Of a stretch of 31,902 nt of DNA, positions 1 through 9,055 are shown piece after piece. The stretch is taken from the IMG/VR virus record IMGVR_UViG_3300020042_007667, positions 1 through 31,902 of that record. One strand, 5' to 3'. Made by a program: the position numbers and the translations under genes. Each line of letters starts with the position of its first letter. The stretch's first letter is position 1. This stretch comes from a virus. Taxonomy: Duplodnaviria; Caudoviricetes. Below the pieces are notes generated by a model, which was given only the letters and a program-made list of their open reading frames with translations, did not search any database and was not told where the DNA came from.

Positions 1-114
1 TTATCAAGACTCAATTACAATAACTTTCTCACGTTGATCCTGTCGTTTACGCAACTGCTCCATCTTGGACTCAGCCGTAATCTCAGCCAACCCCAACTTA
101 GAACGCGCATCAAC
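1..114. repeat. Inverted copy of 345-458 (probable chimeric contig end)
   Basis: Reverse complement of 1-114 matches 345-458 with two mismatches (positions 77 and 106). Confidence 0.9.
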
Positions 115-116
115 CG

Positions 117-455
117 TTGGATTGGGCTGGGATGCTTTTGTGGAATCGTGTGTTTGGTGTTGGTCAGACGTGGATTAGTCCACAGACTGATGTTGAACTT
201 TTGTTGTTGACTTGTAAGCAACTGGATCGGCAGATTGTTTTGGAACGTATGTTTGTTGAGAAGCCTGAAGATTTTCATATTCACCGTCAACTGTTGGATT
301 TGGAAAATACTGTTGTAAAGAATTTAGGCTTGTTGGGTTTGACTGTTGATGCACGTTCTAAGTTGGGGTTGGCTGAGATTAAGGCTGAGTCCAAGATGGA
401 GCAGTTGCGTAAACGACAGGATCAACGTGAGAAAGTTATTGTAATTGAGTCTTGA
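117..455 (+). CDS. Terminase small subunit (P27-like), 5' truncated
   Basis: Directly upstream of and overlapping terL; C-terminal 'LGLLGLTVDARSKL' resembles the LGLTPxxRx(K/R)L motif of P27-type small terminases; true start lost to the chimeric end. Confidence 0.75.
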   Translation: MDWAGMLLWNRVFGVGQTWISPQTDVELLLLTCKQLDRQIVLERMFVEKPEDFHIHRQLLDLENTVVKNLGLLGLTVDARSKLGLAEIKAESKMEQLRKRQDQREKVIVIES

Positions 456-1968
456 TAAGAGTTGGCCACCTGCTTGGGTTACAACTAGCAAACTTGAGTA
501 TGGTAGTCGTGGGGCTGATGCGGTTGATTTCATCAATACGTTCGTTACGTTGACTAAAGATTCTATTGCTGGTGGATCTGGTGAGTCTATAAAACTTAGA
601 TCTTGGCAAGAGAAACTGTTGGAAGAAACTCTTGAACTTGATGAGAATGGGCTGTTCAAGAAACGCACTGCCCTATGGGGAATGGCTAGGAAAAATGGAA
701 AGTCCGCCCTTGTAACAGGGTTGGGATTATGGTTTCTGATTAATGGTGATGATGGCGGTGAAGTCTATTCTTGTGCAGCTGAGAAAGAGCAGGCACGAAT
801 TACGTTTGGTGATGCTAGAAAGATTATTGAGCGTGAGCCTGAGTTAGCTGCGATGTGCAACATTTATAGAGATGTAATTGAAGTTCCATCTACAGGTTCT
901 ATTTGGCGTGTACTTTCTGCAGAAGCGTATAGCAAGGAAGGCCTTAATGCCAGTGCCGTGATTATGGACGAAGCTCACGCTTTAAGAGATAGGTCTATGT
1001 GGGATGTTATGCAACTTTCAATGGCATCTCGTAGGCAACCGATGATGCTTGCAACTACTACTTGTGGTGTGAAGTCTGATAGTTCTGGGCAGGATTCAAC
1101 TGCTTATAGTTTGTATCAGTATGGGCAGAAGGTTGCTCGTGGTGAGATTGTTGATCCTAGTTTTTATATGGCGTGGTGGGAAGCCCCGCTTGATGCAGAT
1201 CATAAATCTGAAGAAACTTGGATTAAAGCAAATCCAGGTTATGGGGATTTGAATTCAAAAGATGATTTTATTTCTATGGTTGGCAGAACTCCTGAAGCAG
1301 AGTTTAGAACGAAGCGTTGTAATCAGTGGGTGAACTCTCAAAACACTTGGTTGCCTGCAGGTGTTTGGGAAACGCTTGCCGATAAAAATGTTGTTGTCGG
1401 TGAGTTTGATGAAATTGTTTTAGGTATTGATGGATCGTTTAGTGGAGATACAACTGCGATTGTTGGTGTTACTGTTCCTAAATCTAGGGATGATAAACCG
1501 CACGTTTTTTTGGTGAAGGCGTGGGAGAAACAGGTTGATGATTTGGATGATTGGCGTGTGGACACGCTTGAAGTTGAGCAGACCTTGATTGAGTTTTGCC
1601 AGTCGCATCCTAATGTGAAAGAACTTGCTTTTGACCCTTTTAGATGGCAACGATCTATGGCGGTATTGCAGGATTTAGGTTTGCCTGTTGTTGAATTTCC
1701 TTCTACAAGTCCTAGACGTATGGTTGTTGCCTGCCAAAAAGTTTATGATAGCGTAACTGAAGCAACCTTGAGCCACGATGGTAATCCGCTGTTAGCCAGA
1801 CACATTGATAACGCAGTCTTGAAAATAGATAACTTGGGTAGTCGTATCGTTAAGGAAACTCGTAACTCTCCACGCAAAATTGACGCTGGAGTCGCATTTG
1901 TTATCGCCTATGACCGTGCAACAAGTAAGATAGAAACGATGGCATTGCCAGAGTTCTTTTCGTTCTAA
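445..1968 (+). CDS. Terminase large subunit
   Basis: Walker A 'MARKNGKS', Walker B 'VIMDEAH', nuclease 'GIDGS...D' and C-terminal 'KIDAGVA'. Confidence 0.96.
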   Translation: MSLDKSWPPAWVTTSKLEYGSRGADAVDFINTFVTLTKDSIAGGSGESIKLRSWQEKLLEETLELDENGLFKKRTALWGMARKNGKSALVTGLGLWFLINGDDGGEVYSCAAEKEQARITFGDARKIIEREPELAAMCNIYRDVIEVPSTGSIWRVLSAEAYSKEGLNASAVIMDEAHALRDRSMWDVMQLSMASRRQPMMLATTTCGVKSDSSGQDSTAYSLYQYGQKVARGEIVDPSFYMAWWEAPLDADHKSEETWIKANPGYGDLNSKDDFISMVGRTPEAEFRTKRCNQWVNSQNTWLPAGVWETLADKNVVVGEFDEIVLGIDGSFSGDTTAIVGVTVPKSRDDKPHVFLVKAWEKQVDDLDDWRVDTLEVEQTLIEFCQSHPNVKELAFDPFRWQRSMAVLQDLGLPVVEFPSTSPRRMVVACQKVYDSVTEATLSHDGNPLLARHIDNAVLKIDNLGSRIVKETRNSPRKIDAGVAFVIAYDRATSKIETMALPEFFSF

Positions 1969-1970
1969 GG

Positions 1971-2117
1971 ATGAATTTGTTACCTACGATTTTGCAGGCT
2001 TCAGGAATAGCGTTGATTGCTCTTGGGGCTGGTTTAGTTTTTATTCCTGCAGGTATTGTTCTTGCTGGTATTGGTGTTCTATTGTTTGGTTTGGCGTTAG
2101 ATAAGGGTGGCAAGTAA
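1971..2117 (+). CDS. Small membrane protein (48 aa, MNLLPTILQASGIALIALGAGLVFIPAGIVLAGIGVLLFGLALDKGGK)
   Basis: Not in the ORF track. ATG 1971, TAA overlaps portal ATG (TAATG); two hydrophobic segments; fills the terL-portal gap. Confidence 0.8.
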   Translation: MNLLPTILQASGIALIALGAGLVFIPAGIVLAGIGVLLFGLALDKGGK

Positions 2118-3454
2118 TGCTTCGTAATTTGTCTGGTGAGTCTAGGGCTATCAGTTTTCAGTCGTTGTGGGGTGCAGGTGATCTAACATCGTATGAAACT
2201 CAGTCAAGTGCGTTTGTTGATTATCAGACTGCTTTTACTGTTAATGCTGTTTGGGCTTGTGTGTCTTTGATTAGCGATACTGTTTCTGCGTTGCCTGTTG
2301 ATACTTATGTTAGGCGTGATGGCATTGCGTATCCTTATCGCCCGAAGCCTACTTGGGTTAGTAAGCCTGATGTTGCTATTCCTAGTGTGGCGTTTTGGCA
2401 ACAAGCGATGATTAGTTTGCTGATTGACGGTAATGCGTTTGTTCGTTTATTCAGAGATGATCGTGGACAAATTGTAAATATGGTTGTTTTGAATCCTTTG
2501 AGCGTTCAGGTTTCTCGCAATGCGTTGGGTCAAAAGTTTTATACATCTACTGTTGAAGGTAATAAGATTCTTACTAACGATGAGATGTTGCATATTTCTG
2601 GAAGCATTTTATTTCCAGGTGAGTTCAGGGGTAAATCTCCGATAGACACACTTAAAGAAAACATTGGTTTAGCAATTGGTCTTGAAAGTTTTGCATCTCG
2701 TTTTTTTGGGCAAGGAACTTTAACTCAGGGTGTAATTGAATATCCAGGTGCGTTAACTGCAGAACAAGCTGAGAACCTTGCTAAGTCTTTTGACCGTCAA
2801 CACAAGGGTTTCCGTAAAGCACATAAGACAGGTATTCTTTCTGGCGGTGCAGTTTTCAAGCCAACAACTATTGCTAACGATCAGGCACAGATGCTTGACT
2901 CTCGTAGGCTTGCTGTTGAAGATGTTGCTAGAGCGTATCGTGTTCCTACAGATATGATCGGTTTGAATAACGGTGGGCAAAGTTATAACAGTATTGAGCA
3001 GAAGCAGATAGCGTTTTTGAGCCACACAATTCGTCCTTGGGTATCAAAACTTGAAGATGCGTTTAGTCAATTACTTCCTGATAACGCTTATCTAGCGTTT
3101 AGCACTGATGATCTGTTGCGTGGAGATTACGCTACCCGCATTGAAGGTTATGCGAAACTGTTGCAGAACGGTGTTCTTAGCACTAACGAAGTTAGACGTA
3201 AAGAGAATATGCGACCTATTGAAGGTGGCGATGTTGTTCGTGTTCCACTAACTAACGTAAACATTTCAGCTGCTTCGTTGACTGAAGATGAAACTAAGGT
3301 TGATATGGCTCAAAAACTTATTGCTCTTGGTTTTGTCCCTGAAGATGTTTTGACTGTTCTAGGGCTTCCTAAGATTGGTCATACAGGACTTCCAACGGTG
3401 CAGTTGCAGAACCCTACGACTGTTCCTGATGGTAGTTATGAAACAGGTGCTTAA
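2117..3454 (+). CDS. Portal protein, HK97 family
   Basis: 'AVWACVSLISDTVSALP', 'LLIDGNAF', 'G.SPI', 'VARAYRVP', 'NEVRRKENMRPIEGGD'; position after terL. Confidence 0.95.
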   Translation: MLRNLSGESRAISFQSLWGAGDLTSYETQSSAFVDYQTAFTVNAVWACVSLISDTVSALPVDTYVRRDGIAYPYRPKPTWVSKPDVAIPSVAFWQQAMISLLIDGNAFVRLFRDDRGQIVNMVVLNPLSVQVSRNALGQKFYTSTVEGNKILTNDEMLHISGSILFPGEFRGKSPIDTLKENIGLAIGLESFASRFFGQGTLTQGVIEYPGALTAEQAENLAKSFDRQHKGFRKAHKTGILSGGAVFKPTTIANDQAQMLDSRRLAVEDVARAYRVPTDMIGLNNGGQSYNSIEQKQIAFLSHTIRPWVSKLEDAFSQLLPDNAYLAFSTDDLLRGDYATRIEGYAKLLQNGVLSTNEVRRKENMRPIEGGDVVRVPLTNVNISAASLTEDETKVDMAQKLIALGFVPEDVLTVLGLPKIGHTGLPTVQLQNPTTVPDGSYETGA

Positions 3455-5316
3455 TGCCTTATTTTATTGAGCAAGTTGCTACAGGTTGGAACACTGTAAA
3501 AGATGATGGGGAAGTTTTAGGGGAGCATAAAACTAAAGCACAAGCGATAGCACAGATGGTTGCAATTAGTTTGGCAGAAGGTATTGCTGTTGGTGGAGAA
3601 CGAGCAGTTGACCCTAATGAGTCTTATTCTCCGCCTGCAGGTGTTGCGGTAGCTGCAAAACGTGCTTTGAAGTGGATCAGTGAAGGTTTGGCTGGTGATG
3701 GTTTTACTGATGTTGGTAGGGCTAGGGCTGTTCAACTTGCTTCGGGTGCAGATGTTTCGGGTGAAACAGTGAACAGGATGATAAGTTTTTTTGCTCGTCA
3801 ACAAGATTCTGTTAAGGGTGCTACAGGTTTTAACAGCGGTGAAGAAGGTTACCCAAGTTCTGGCAGAGTAAGTTGGGATGCCTGGGGCGGTGATTCTGGG
3901 CAGTCTTGGGTTAACGGTTTGTCTGATGTATCTGCGGTTCGTGCTATTGGCGATAAAGTTGGTATAAGCGATTTTGACGATACTTTATTTGTTAGTGGTG
4001 GATTAAATAGCAGGGTTTATTCGTTCATTGAAAATCAAGATGTTGATCTCTATGTTGTTACTGGCAGGCACGAATCTGATCGTGGCTTGACTACAGATTT
4101 ACTAGATAAACTTGGTGTTGAATACAAAAAACTTATTATGCAACCTAACAATCAAAACAATAGTGCCGATTACAAGGGCAATGTTGCTTCAGATTTGTTA
4201 GCAGAAGGTTTAGATGTGGTTTATGTGGTTGAAAATAATGATGAAGCAAGAGCATCCTATAAAAGGGCTGGAGTTCAACAGGTTTATTCACCAGATGATT
4301 TACCGTTAATGGATGGAGTTAGACAGATGGAAGATTACCCAATGAGCAAAGATGATTTAGTTTTTAAGGTCAATGAGTTGAAAGGTGAAGTTCTTGAACT
4401 TGTTGGCAAGTTGGCTAAGACTGTTGATCACTTATCTGAACTTGTTGAGTCTGTAGAAATGCCTTCAGTTGATGTTGTAGATGTTGTTGAACCATCAGAT
4501 TTGATGCCTGAAGAAATTGAGATGGATAGTGTGCGTTTTGTTGATCCATTGAAGGTTGTTGAATTGCATAATCGGGGTGAGCGTGTTCAATCTGGTATTG
4601 AGCAACGTATCGCAGTTCAAGATTTAGAGATCCGTTCTGAAGGTAATGGAATGACTTTGCGTGGTTATGCAGCTGTGTTTAATTCGCCTTCACAGCCGTT
4701 GCCGTTTATTGAAACTATTGAGCGTGGTGCTTTTGCTGATTCTTTGAAATCTCGCAATGATGTAAAGCTGTTGTGGAATCACGATACAGGCATTGTCCTA
4801 GGTAGCACTCGTGCAGGCACTTTACGTCTTATGGAAGATGAGCGTGGATTGTTTGTTGAAGCCGATTTGCCCGATACACAGGCAGGGCGTGATGCAGCTG
4901 TAAGTATTCAAAGAAAAGACGTAACCGCTTTTTCTTTCGGATTTAGGATTCCTGCTGGTGGCGATGTTTGGCGTAGTGCTAATGAGCGTGTTCTAAAGCG
5001 TGTAAATGTTCACGAAGTTAGTGTTGGCGTGGCTTTCCCTGCCTATACAGCGACTGATGGAACTGCTAATGTTAGATCTATGAATGAACTTTCTGAAAAG
5101 ATTATTCGTCTGGCTGAGTTGCGTGGGATTTCTGCCGATGAATTAACTGATGCTTTGCTTGCTCTTGAAGCAGGTGATGAACTTACTGAACGTCAGGGTG
5201 AGTTGCTTACTGATACTTTAGGTAAGGTTTTGAAGAAAAATCCTGAAGTTTCTAACGCTAATGATGTTCTTGATTTGAAGAAAAAACAACTTGATTTGCT
5301 GATGCAACGTGTATAG
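3454..5316 (+). CDS. Prohead (capsid maturation) protease, HK97 family, fused to N-terminal domains including a HAD-like domain
   Basis: C-terminal half 'LRGYAAVFNS', 'LLWNHD', 'FSFGF', 'HEVS...FPAY'; internal 'SDFDDTL...VVTGR...YK' HAD motifs. Confidence 0.9.
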   Translation: MPYFIEQVATGWNTVKDDGEVLGEHKTKAQAIAQMVAISLAEGIAVGGERAVDPNESYSPPAGVAVAAKRALKWISEGLAGDGFTDVGRARAVQLASGADVSGETVNRMISFFARQQDSVKGATGFNSGEEGYPSSGRVSWDAWGGDSGQSWVNGLSDVSAVRAIGDKVGISDFDDTLFVSGGLNSRVYSFIENQDVDLYVVTGRHESDRGLTTDLLDKLGVEYKKLIMQPNNQNNSADYKGNVASDLLAEGLDVVYVVENNDEARASYKRAGVQQVYSPDDLPLMDGVRQMEDYPMSKDDLVFKVNELKGEVLELVGKLAKTVDHLSELVESVEMPSVDVVDVVEPSDLMPEEIEMDSVRFVDPLKVVELHNRGERVQSGIEQRIAVQDLEIRSEGNGMTLRGYAAVFNSPSQPLPFIETIERGAFADSLKSRNDVKLLWNHDTGIVLGSTRAGTLRLMEDERGLFVEADLPDTQAGRDAAVSIQRKDVTAFSFGFRIPAGGDVWRSANERVLKRVNVHEVSVGVAFPAYTATDGTANVRSMNELSEKIIRLAELRGISADELTDALLALEAGDELTERQGELLTDTLGKVLKKNPEVSNANDVLDLKKKQLDLLMQRV

Positions 5317-5375
5317 TAGTTAGGTAAGCAGTTTTCTCGTTCTCTGTTTGCCTTAAAAAAGAAACTAATTTCTTT

Positions 5376-5408
5376 CCCCCTGATTTGTCCCAGGGGGTTT
5401 TCTTTTTG
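5376..5408 (+). terminator. Rho-independent terminator
   Basis: CCCCCTG-atttgtcc-CAGGGGG followed by TTTTCTTTTT. Confidence 0.75.
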
Positions 5409-5528
5409 AACGTGTATCTTTTGTGCTATTAGACTTTATTTGTTAGGTGCGTTTATCCCCTAGCGTGTTGAGCGTGTACCGCCACAAAACAAATCCCATT
5501 TATTTATGTTCTTGAAAGGAACAAAACT

Positions 5529-6689
5529 ATGAGCGAATTTATCGCAAAACAGGTTGAAGCAAAAGCAAAGGCTTGGCACGAAGCTAAGGCACTTTTGGAT
5601 TCAGCCGAAGGTCGTGCTTTGACTGGTGAAGAAGAAGCAACCTACCAAGAGATGACTAACGTCATCAACAGAGCAAACGAAGTTATTGAACTAGAGCAAC
5701 GTGAAGCAAAGGTTGCTGAAGCAATGCAGTCAGCAACAGTTGACTTTGCTGGTGCAAGTGCTTTGAATGGCGATGCAGAGATCCTTCGCAAGATGGCTAT
5801 GGGTGAGATCCGTGGACACGAATTCCGTGCAATCACAGGTTCAAGCACAGGAGCTCCTGTACCAACTAGCTTCTACGAAGAAATCGTAAAGGTTGCAAGA
5901 CTTGTAAACCCACTGCTTGAGTATGCAACTGTAATCAACACTGCTTCAGGTGAGAACCTACAGATTCCTTCACAGGCAACTTTCTCAACAGCAACAATCG
6001 TTGGTCAGGGTGTTTCAATTGGAACTTCAGAGCCTACTTTCAATGCCTTTAGCACTCTTTCAAGCTACAAGTTCTCCGCTCTCGCACAGCTGTCTAGGGA
6101 ACTGATCGCTGATAGTGGCGTAAATATTGTTGCATTCCTTGCAGAGCAGTTCGGTAACGCTTTCGGTTATGCGATTGCAGACAAGATTGTTAACGGAACA
6201 GGTGTGGTAGAAAATACTGGTTTCCTTGCAGTTGCGGGAACTGGAGTTACGGGAGCTACTGGCGTAGCTGGAGCGTTCACTGCAGATAACGTTATTGACC
6301 TTATCTACAGCCTTGACGGTTCACTTCGCAACCGCCCTTCATTCGCAATGCTTGCAAACGCAACTTCAATTGCAGCTCTGCGTAAACTGAAGGACACTGC
6401 AGGTAACTATGTATTCCAGGTTGGCGATTCAAAGGATCGTAGAGATCTAGTTCTAGGTGTTCCAGTTATTGAAACTCCTGCGATGCCTTCTGCGGGTACT
6501 GGTGTTAACTCTCTTGCTGTTGGAGATCTAAAGTCGTTGTACATTCGCAACGCTGGTGGTCTGCAGATTGACCGCTCTGATGACTATGCCTTCGGTAACG
6601 ATCTAGCTACTTGGAGAGCTACTTGGAGACTGGACTCAAAACTAGTTCAGACTGCAAACATCAAGAAGTTCAAGGGTGGAGCGAGCTAA
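5529..6689 (+). CDS. Major capsid protein, HK97 fold
   Basis: N-terminal coiled-coil delta domain, 'GAPVPT', 'SRELIADS', 'NGTG', 'LRKLKDTAGNY', 'LGVPV'; SD AAGGA upstream. Confidence 0.95.
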   Translation: MSEFIAKQVEAKAKAWHEAKALLDSAEGRALTGEEEATYQEMTNVINRANEVIELEQREAKVAEAMQSATVDFAGASALNGDAEILRKMAMGEIRGHEFRAITGSSTGAPVPTSFYEEIVKVARLVNPLLEYATVINTASGENLQIPSQATFSTATIVGQGVSIGTSEPTFNAFSTLSSYKFSALAQLSRELIADSGVNIVAFLAEQFGNAFGYAIADKIVNGTGVVENTGFLAVAGTGVTGATGVAGAFTADNVIDLIYSLDGSLRNRPSFAMLANATSIAALRKLKDTAGNYVFQVGDSKDRRDLVLGVPVIETPAMPSAGTGVNSLAVGDLKSLYIRNAGGLQIDRSDDYAFGNDLATWRATWRLDSKLVQTANIKKFKGGAS

Positions 6690-6714
6690 GGCTCACTAAA
6701 CTCTTTTAGATTTC

Positions 6715-6760
6715 ACCCCCCTTTTTTGGTGCGTAGGCCAGAATTGGGGGGTGTTTTCTA
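6715..6760 (+). terminator. Hairpin/terminator after capsid gene
   Basis: ACCCCCC...GGGGGGT stem with inner TTTTGG/CCAGAA pairing, followed by GTTTTCT. Confidence 0.6.
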
Positions 6761-6773
6761 TTATGCTAAGGCT

Positions 6774-7955
6774 ATGACTAAATCAACTATTTCTTGGTAT
6801 TCCAATTCACTCAATCAGCCAACAGGTTATGGCACTCAATCTCAACAAGTTATTCAACGTCTTGTGAAGGATGGGCATAAGGTTGCGATGCTTTCTAACT
6901 ATGGTGGGGAAGGTGTGAATAGTTTGATTGAAACTGGTGCAGGTCTTATCCCACATTATTCTCGTGGGATGACTCAGTATTCTACAGATGTTATGCCGTT
7001 GCATCACGCTCACTGGAAAAGTGAGAACCCTGATCTGCCCGCTTGGATGGTAACCCTATATGACGTGTGGGTCTTGCTAGACAATCCTGCGTTAGATTCA
7101 ATTCCTATTGCTTCGTGGACTCCCATAGATCATCAGCCTGCACCTGAAAAAGTTTTGACTTGGTTGCGGAAACCGAACGTTACTCCGATTGCGATGAGCA
7201 AATTTGGTAAGGCGATGATTGAAAATGCGGGTATTGAGTCTGAATACATCCCACACGCTATTGATACGAACCTGTTTAAACCTACTGAGTTTCTTCCTGA
7301 AGGTAAGTCTGGGCGTGAATTTGTTGGTGGTGTAGATAAGTTTGTTGTTGGAATGAACTTTGCTAATAAGGCTGGTGGGTTTATTCACCGTAAGGCTGTT
7401 GCAGAAAACTTTTTGGCTTTTGCTATTTTTGCTAGTAAACACGATGATGTTGTTTTGTATTTGCATACTGAACCTTATGGAAAGCAGTCTGGGTTTGTGT
7501 TGCCTAACATTTTGCAGGCTTGTGGTGTTCCACCTGAAAAGGTTGTGATGGTTGATCCGATTGCTTATAGTTATGGGATTAGTCAAGAAACTTTATCTGC
7601 AATCTATTCGGCTTGGGATGTGGGTTTGTTCTGCAACTATGGTGAAGGTTTTGGCGTTCCACAAATTGAAGCACAGGCTTGTGGTGTTCCTATTATTACA
7701 AGCAATTTTGCAGCTTCGGCTGAACTTGCTTCCCCTGATTCGTTCCTTGTAAATGGGCAACCGTTTTGGGATGCAGGGCAACACACTTGGTTTAATGTTC
7801 CATTGGTGTCTGGCATTGTGGATGCGTTGGAGCAGGCGTATCAGCGTGGCAGGGGTGAGTTTCCAGATACTGTTGTGTTTGCTAAGAACTATGATGCCGA
7901 TAAGGTTTATAAAGAATCTTGGAAGCCTTTGATTAAGAAACTATCTAGCAAGTGA
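6774..7955 (+). CDS. Glycosyltransferase, GT-B fold (GT4-like)
   Basis: 'PTGYGTQ' N-terminal loop and 'GEGFGVPQIEAQACGVPII' ExFGx4E signature; start moved to ATG 6774, 6 nt after a TATGCT -10. Confidence 0.9.
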   Translation: MTKSTISWYSNSLNQPTGYGTQSQQVIQRLVKDGHKVAMLSNYGGEGVNSLIETGAGLIPHYSRGMTQYSTDVMPLHHAHWKSENPDLPAWMVTLYDVWVLLDNPALDSIPIASWTPIDHQPAPEKVLTWLRKPNVTPIAMSKFGKAMIENAGIESEYIPHAIDTNLFKPTEFLPEGKSGREFVGGVDKFVVGMNFANKAGGFIHRKAVAENFLAFAIFASKHDDVVLYLHTEPYGKQSGFVLPNILQACGVPPEKVVMVDPIAYSYGISQETLSAIYSAWDVGLFCNYGEGFGVPQIEAQACGVPIITSNFAASAELASPDSFLVNGQPFWDAGQHTWFNVPLVSGIVDALEQAYQRGRGEFPDTVVFAKNYDADKVYKESWKPLIKKLSSK

Positions 7956-8602
7956 TTCCTGTTTTAGGGTTTCTTACTTACTCTAGATTTGATTTAGCAG
8001 ATCGCTTACTGCAGTCAATAGATTATCCTGTTGAGCATTTGGTGATTGTAGATAATTCAGGTAAGCGTGAATACAATCCTGTAAAACCTGAACTTGTAAA
8101 AAACTTGTGGTTGATTCAAGTTCCTTACGGTTTAGGTTATTCAGGTGGACTAAATCTGATTGTAAAAACTACACCTTTTGCTCCGTACTGGTTACTGGTA
8201 AATGATGATACTGTCTTTCAACCAGGTGCATTAAAAAAGATTAGTGAGCAAGCAGATCCAGAAGCAATAAACTTTCTTAGCATTATGCCTAAGTGGAGCG
8301 GGTTTGTTTTAGGTGAAGGTGCAGTGCTAAAAGCAGGTTTGTTTGATGAGCGTTTTCATCCAATCTATTTTGAAGATAATGATTATGAGCGTAGGTTGAT
8401 GCAAGCGGGTGTGAAGGCTAAGTTTATAAACGCTGAACTTGCACACGATAACTCAAGCACTCTCAACTCTGGATTTCATAGTCAAAACGATAAAACGTAT
8501 CACGCTAATCAACGCTTGTTTCAATCTAAAGTTGCAGCTCAAGACTTTACTGCAGGTGAATGGGATTTAAATATTAGAAGGGCAAACGCTTGGGAAAGAT
8601 AG
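7952..8602 (+). CDS. Glycosyltransferase, GT-A fold (GT2-like)
   Basis: 'VIVDNS', 'LLVNDD' (DxD-like), 'GLFDERF.P.YFEDNDY'. Confidence 0.88.
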   Translation: MIPVLGFLTYSRFDLADRLLQSIDYPVEHLVIVDNSGKREYNPVKPELVKNLWLIQVPYGLGYSGGLNLIVKTTPFAPYWLLVNDDTVFQPGALKKISEQADPEAINFLSIMPKWSGFVLGEGAVLKAGLFDERFHPIYFEDNDYERRLMQAGVKAKFINAELAHDNSSTLNSGFHSQNDKTYHANQRLFQSKVAAQDFTAGEWDLNIRRANAWER

Positions 8603-9033
8603 TTTATACAGGTGGCACGTTTGATTTGTTTCATAGTGGGCATATACGTTTTCTGAAGGCTTGTAGAAGACTTGCAGGGGATGATGGCAGGGTTGTTGTG
8701 TCTTTAAATACTGATGCTTTTATTCAGGCATATAAGGGTAAACCGCCTATTATGTCGTTTGATGAACGTGCCGAGATTTTGCTGGGCTGTAAGTTTGTAG
8801 ATCGTGTTGTGCCTAATCTTGGTGGGGCAGATAGTAAACCTACGATTACAGATGTTATGCCTGATTTTGTGGTGATCGGTGATGACTGGGCTAGACGTGA
8901 TTATTATGCTCAAATGCAATTTAGTCAGGCTTGGTTAGATGATCTTGAAATACAACTTGTTTATGTTCCTTACACTCAAGGCATTTCCACTACTGAATTG
9001 AAGAAACGTATAGCGGGCTTGCAGATAAACTAG
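8590..9033 (+). CDS. Cytidylyltransferase-like nucleotidyltransferase (TagD / RfaE domain II family)
   Basis: 'YTGGTFDLFHSGH' HxGH motif, 'GDDW', 'GISTT'. Confidence 0.9.
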   Translation: MGKIVYTGGTFDLFHSGHIRFLKACRRLAGDDGRVVVSLNTDAFIQAYKGKPPIMSFDERAEILLGCKFVDRVVPNLGGADSKPTITDVMPDFVVIGDDWARRDYYAQMQFSQAWLDDLEIQLVYVPYTQGISTTELKKRIAGLQIN

Positions 9034-9055
9034 GTATTGACTTTAGGAGTTTATT

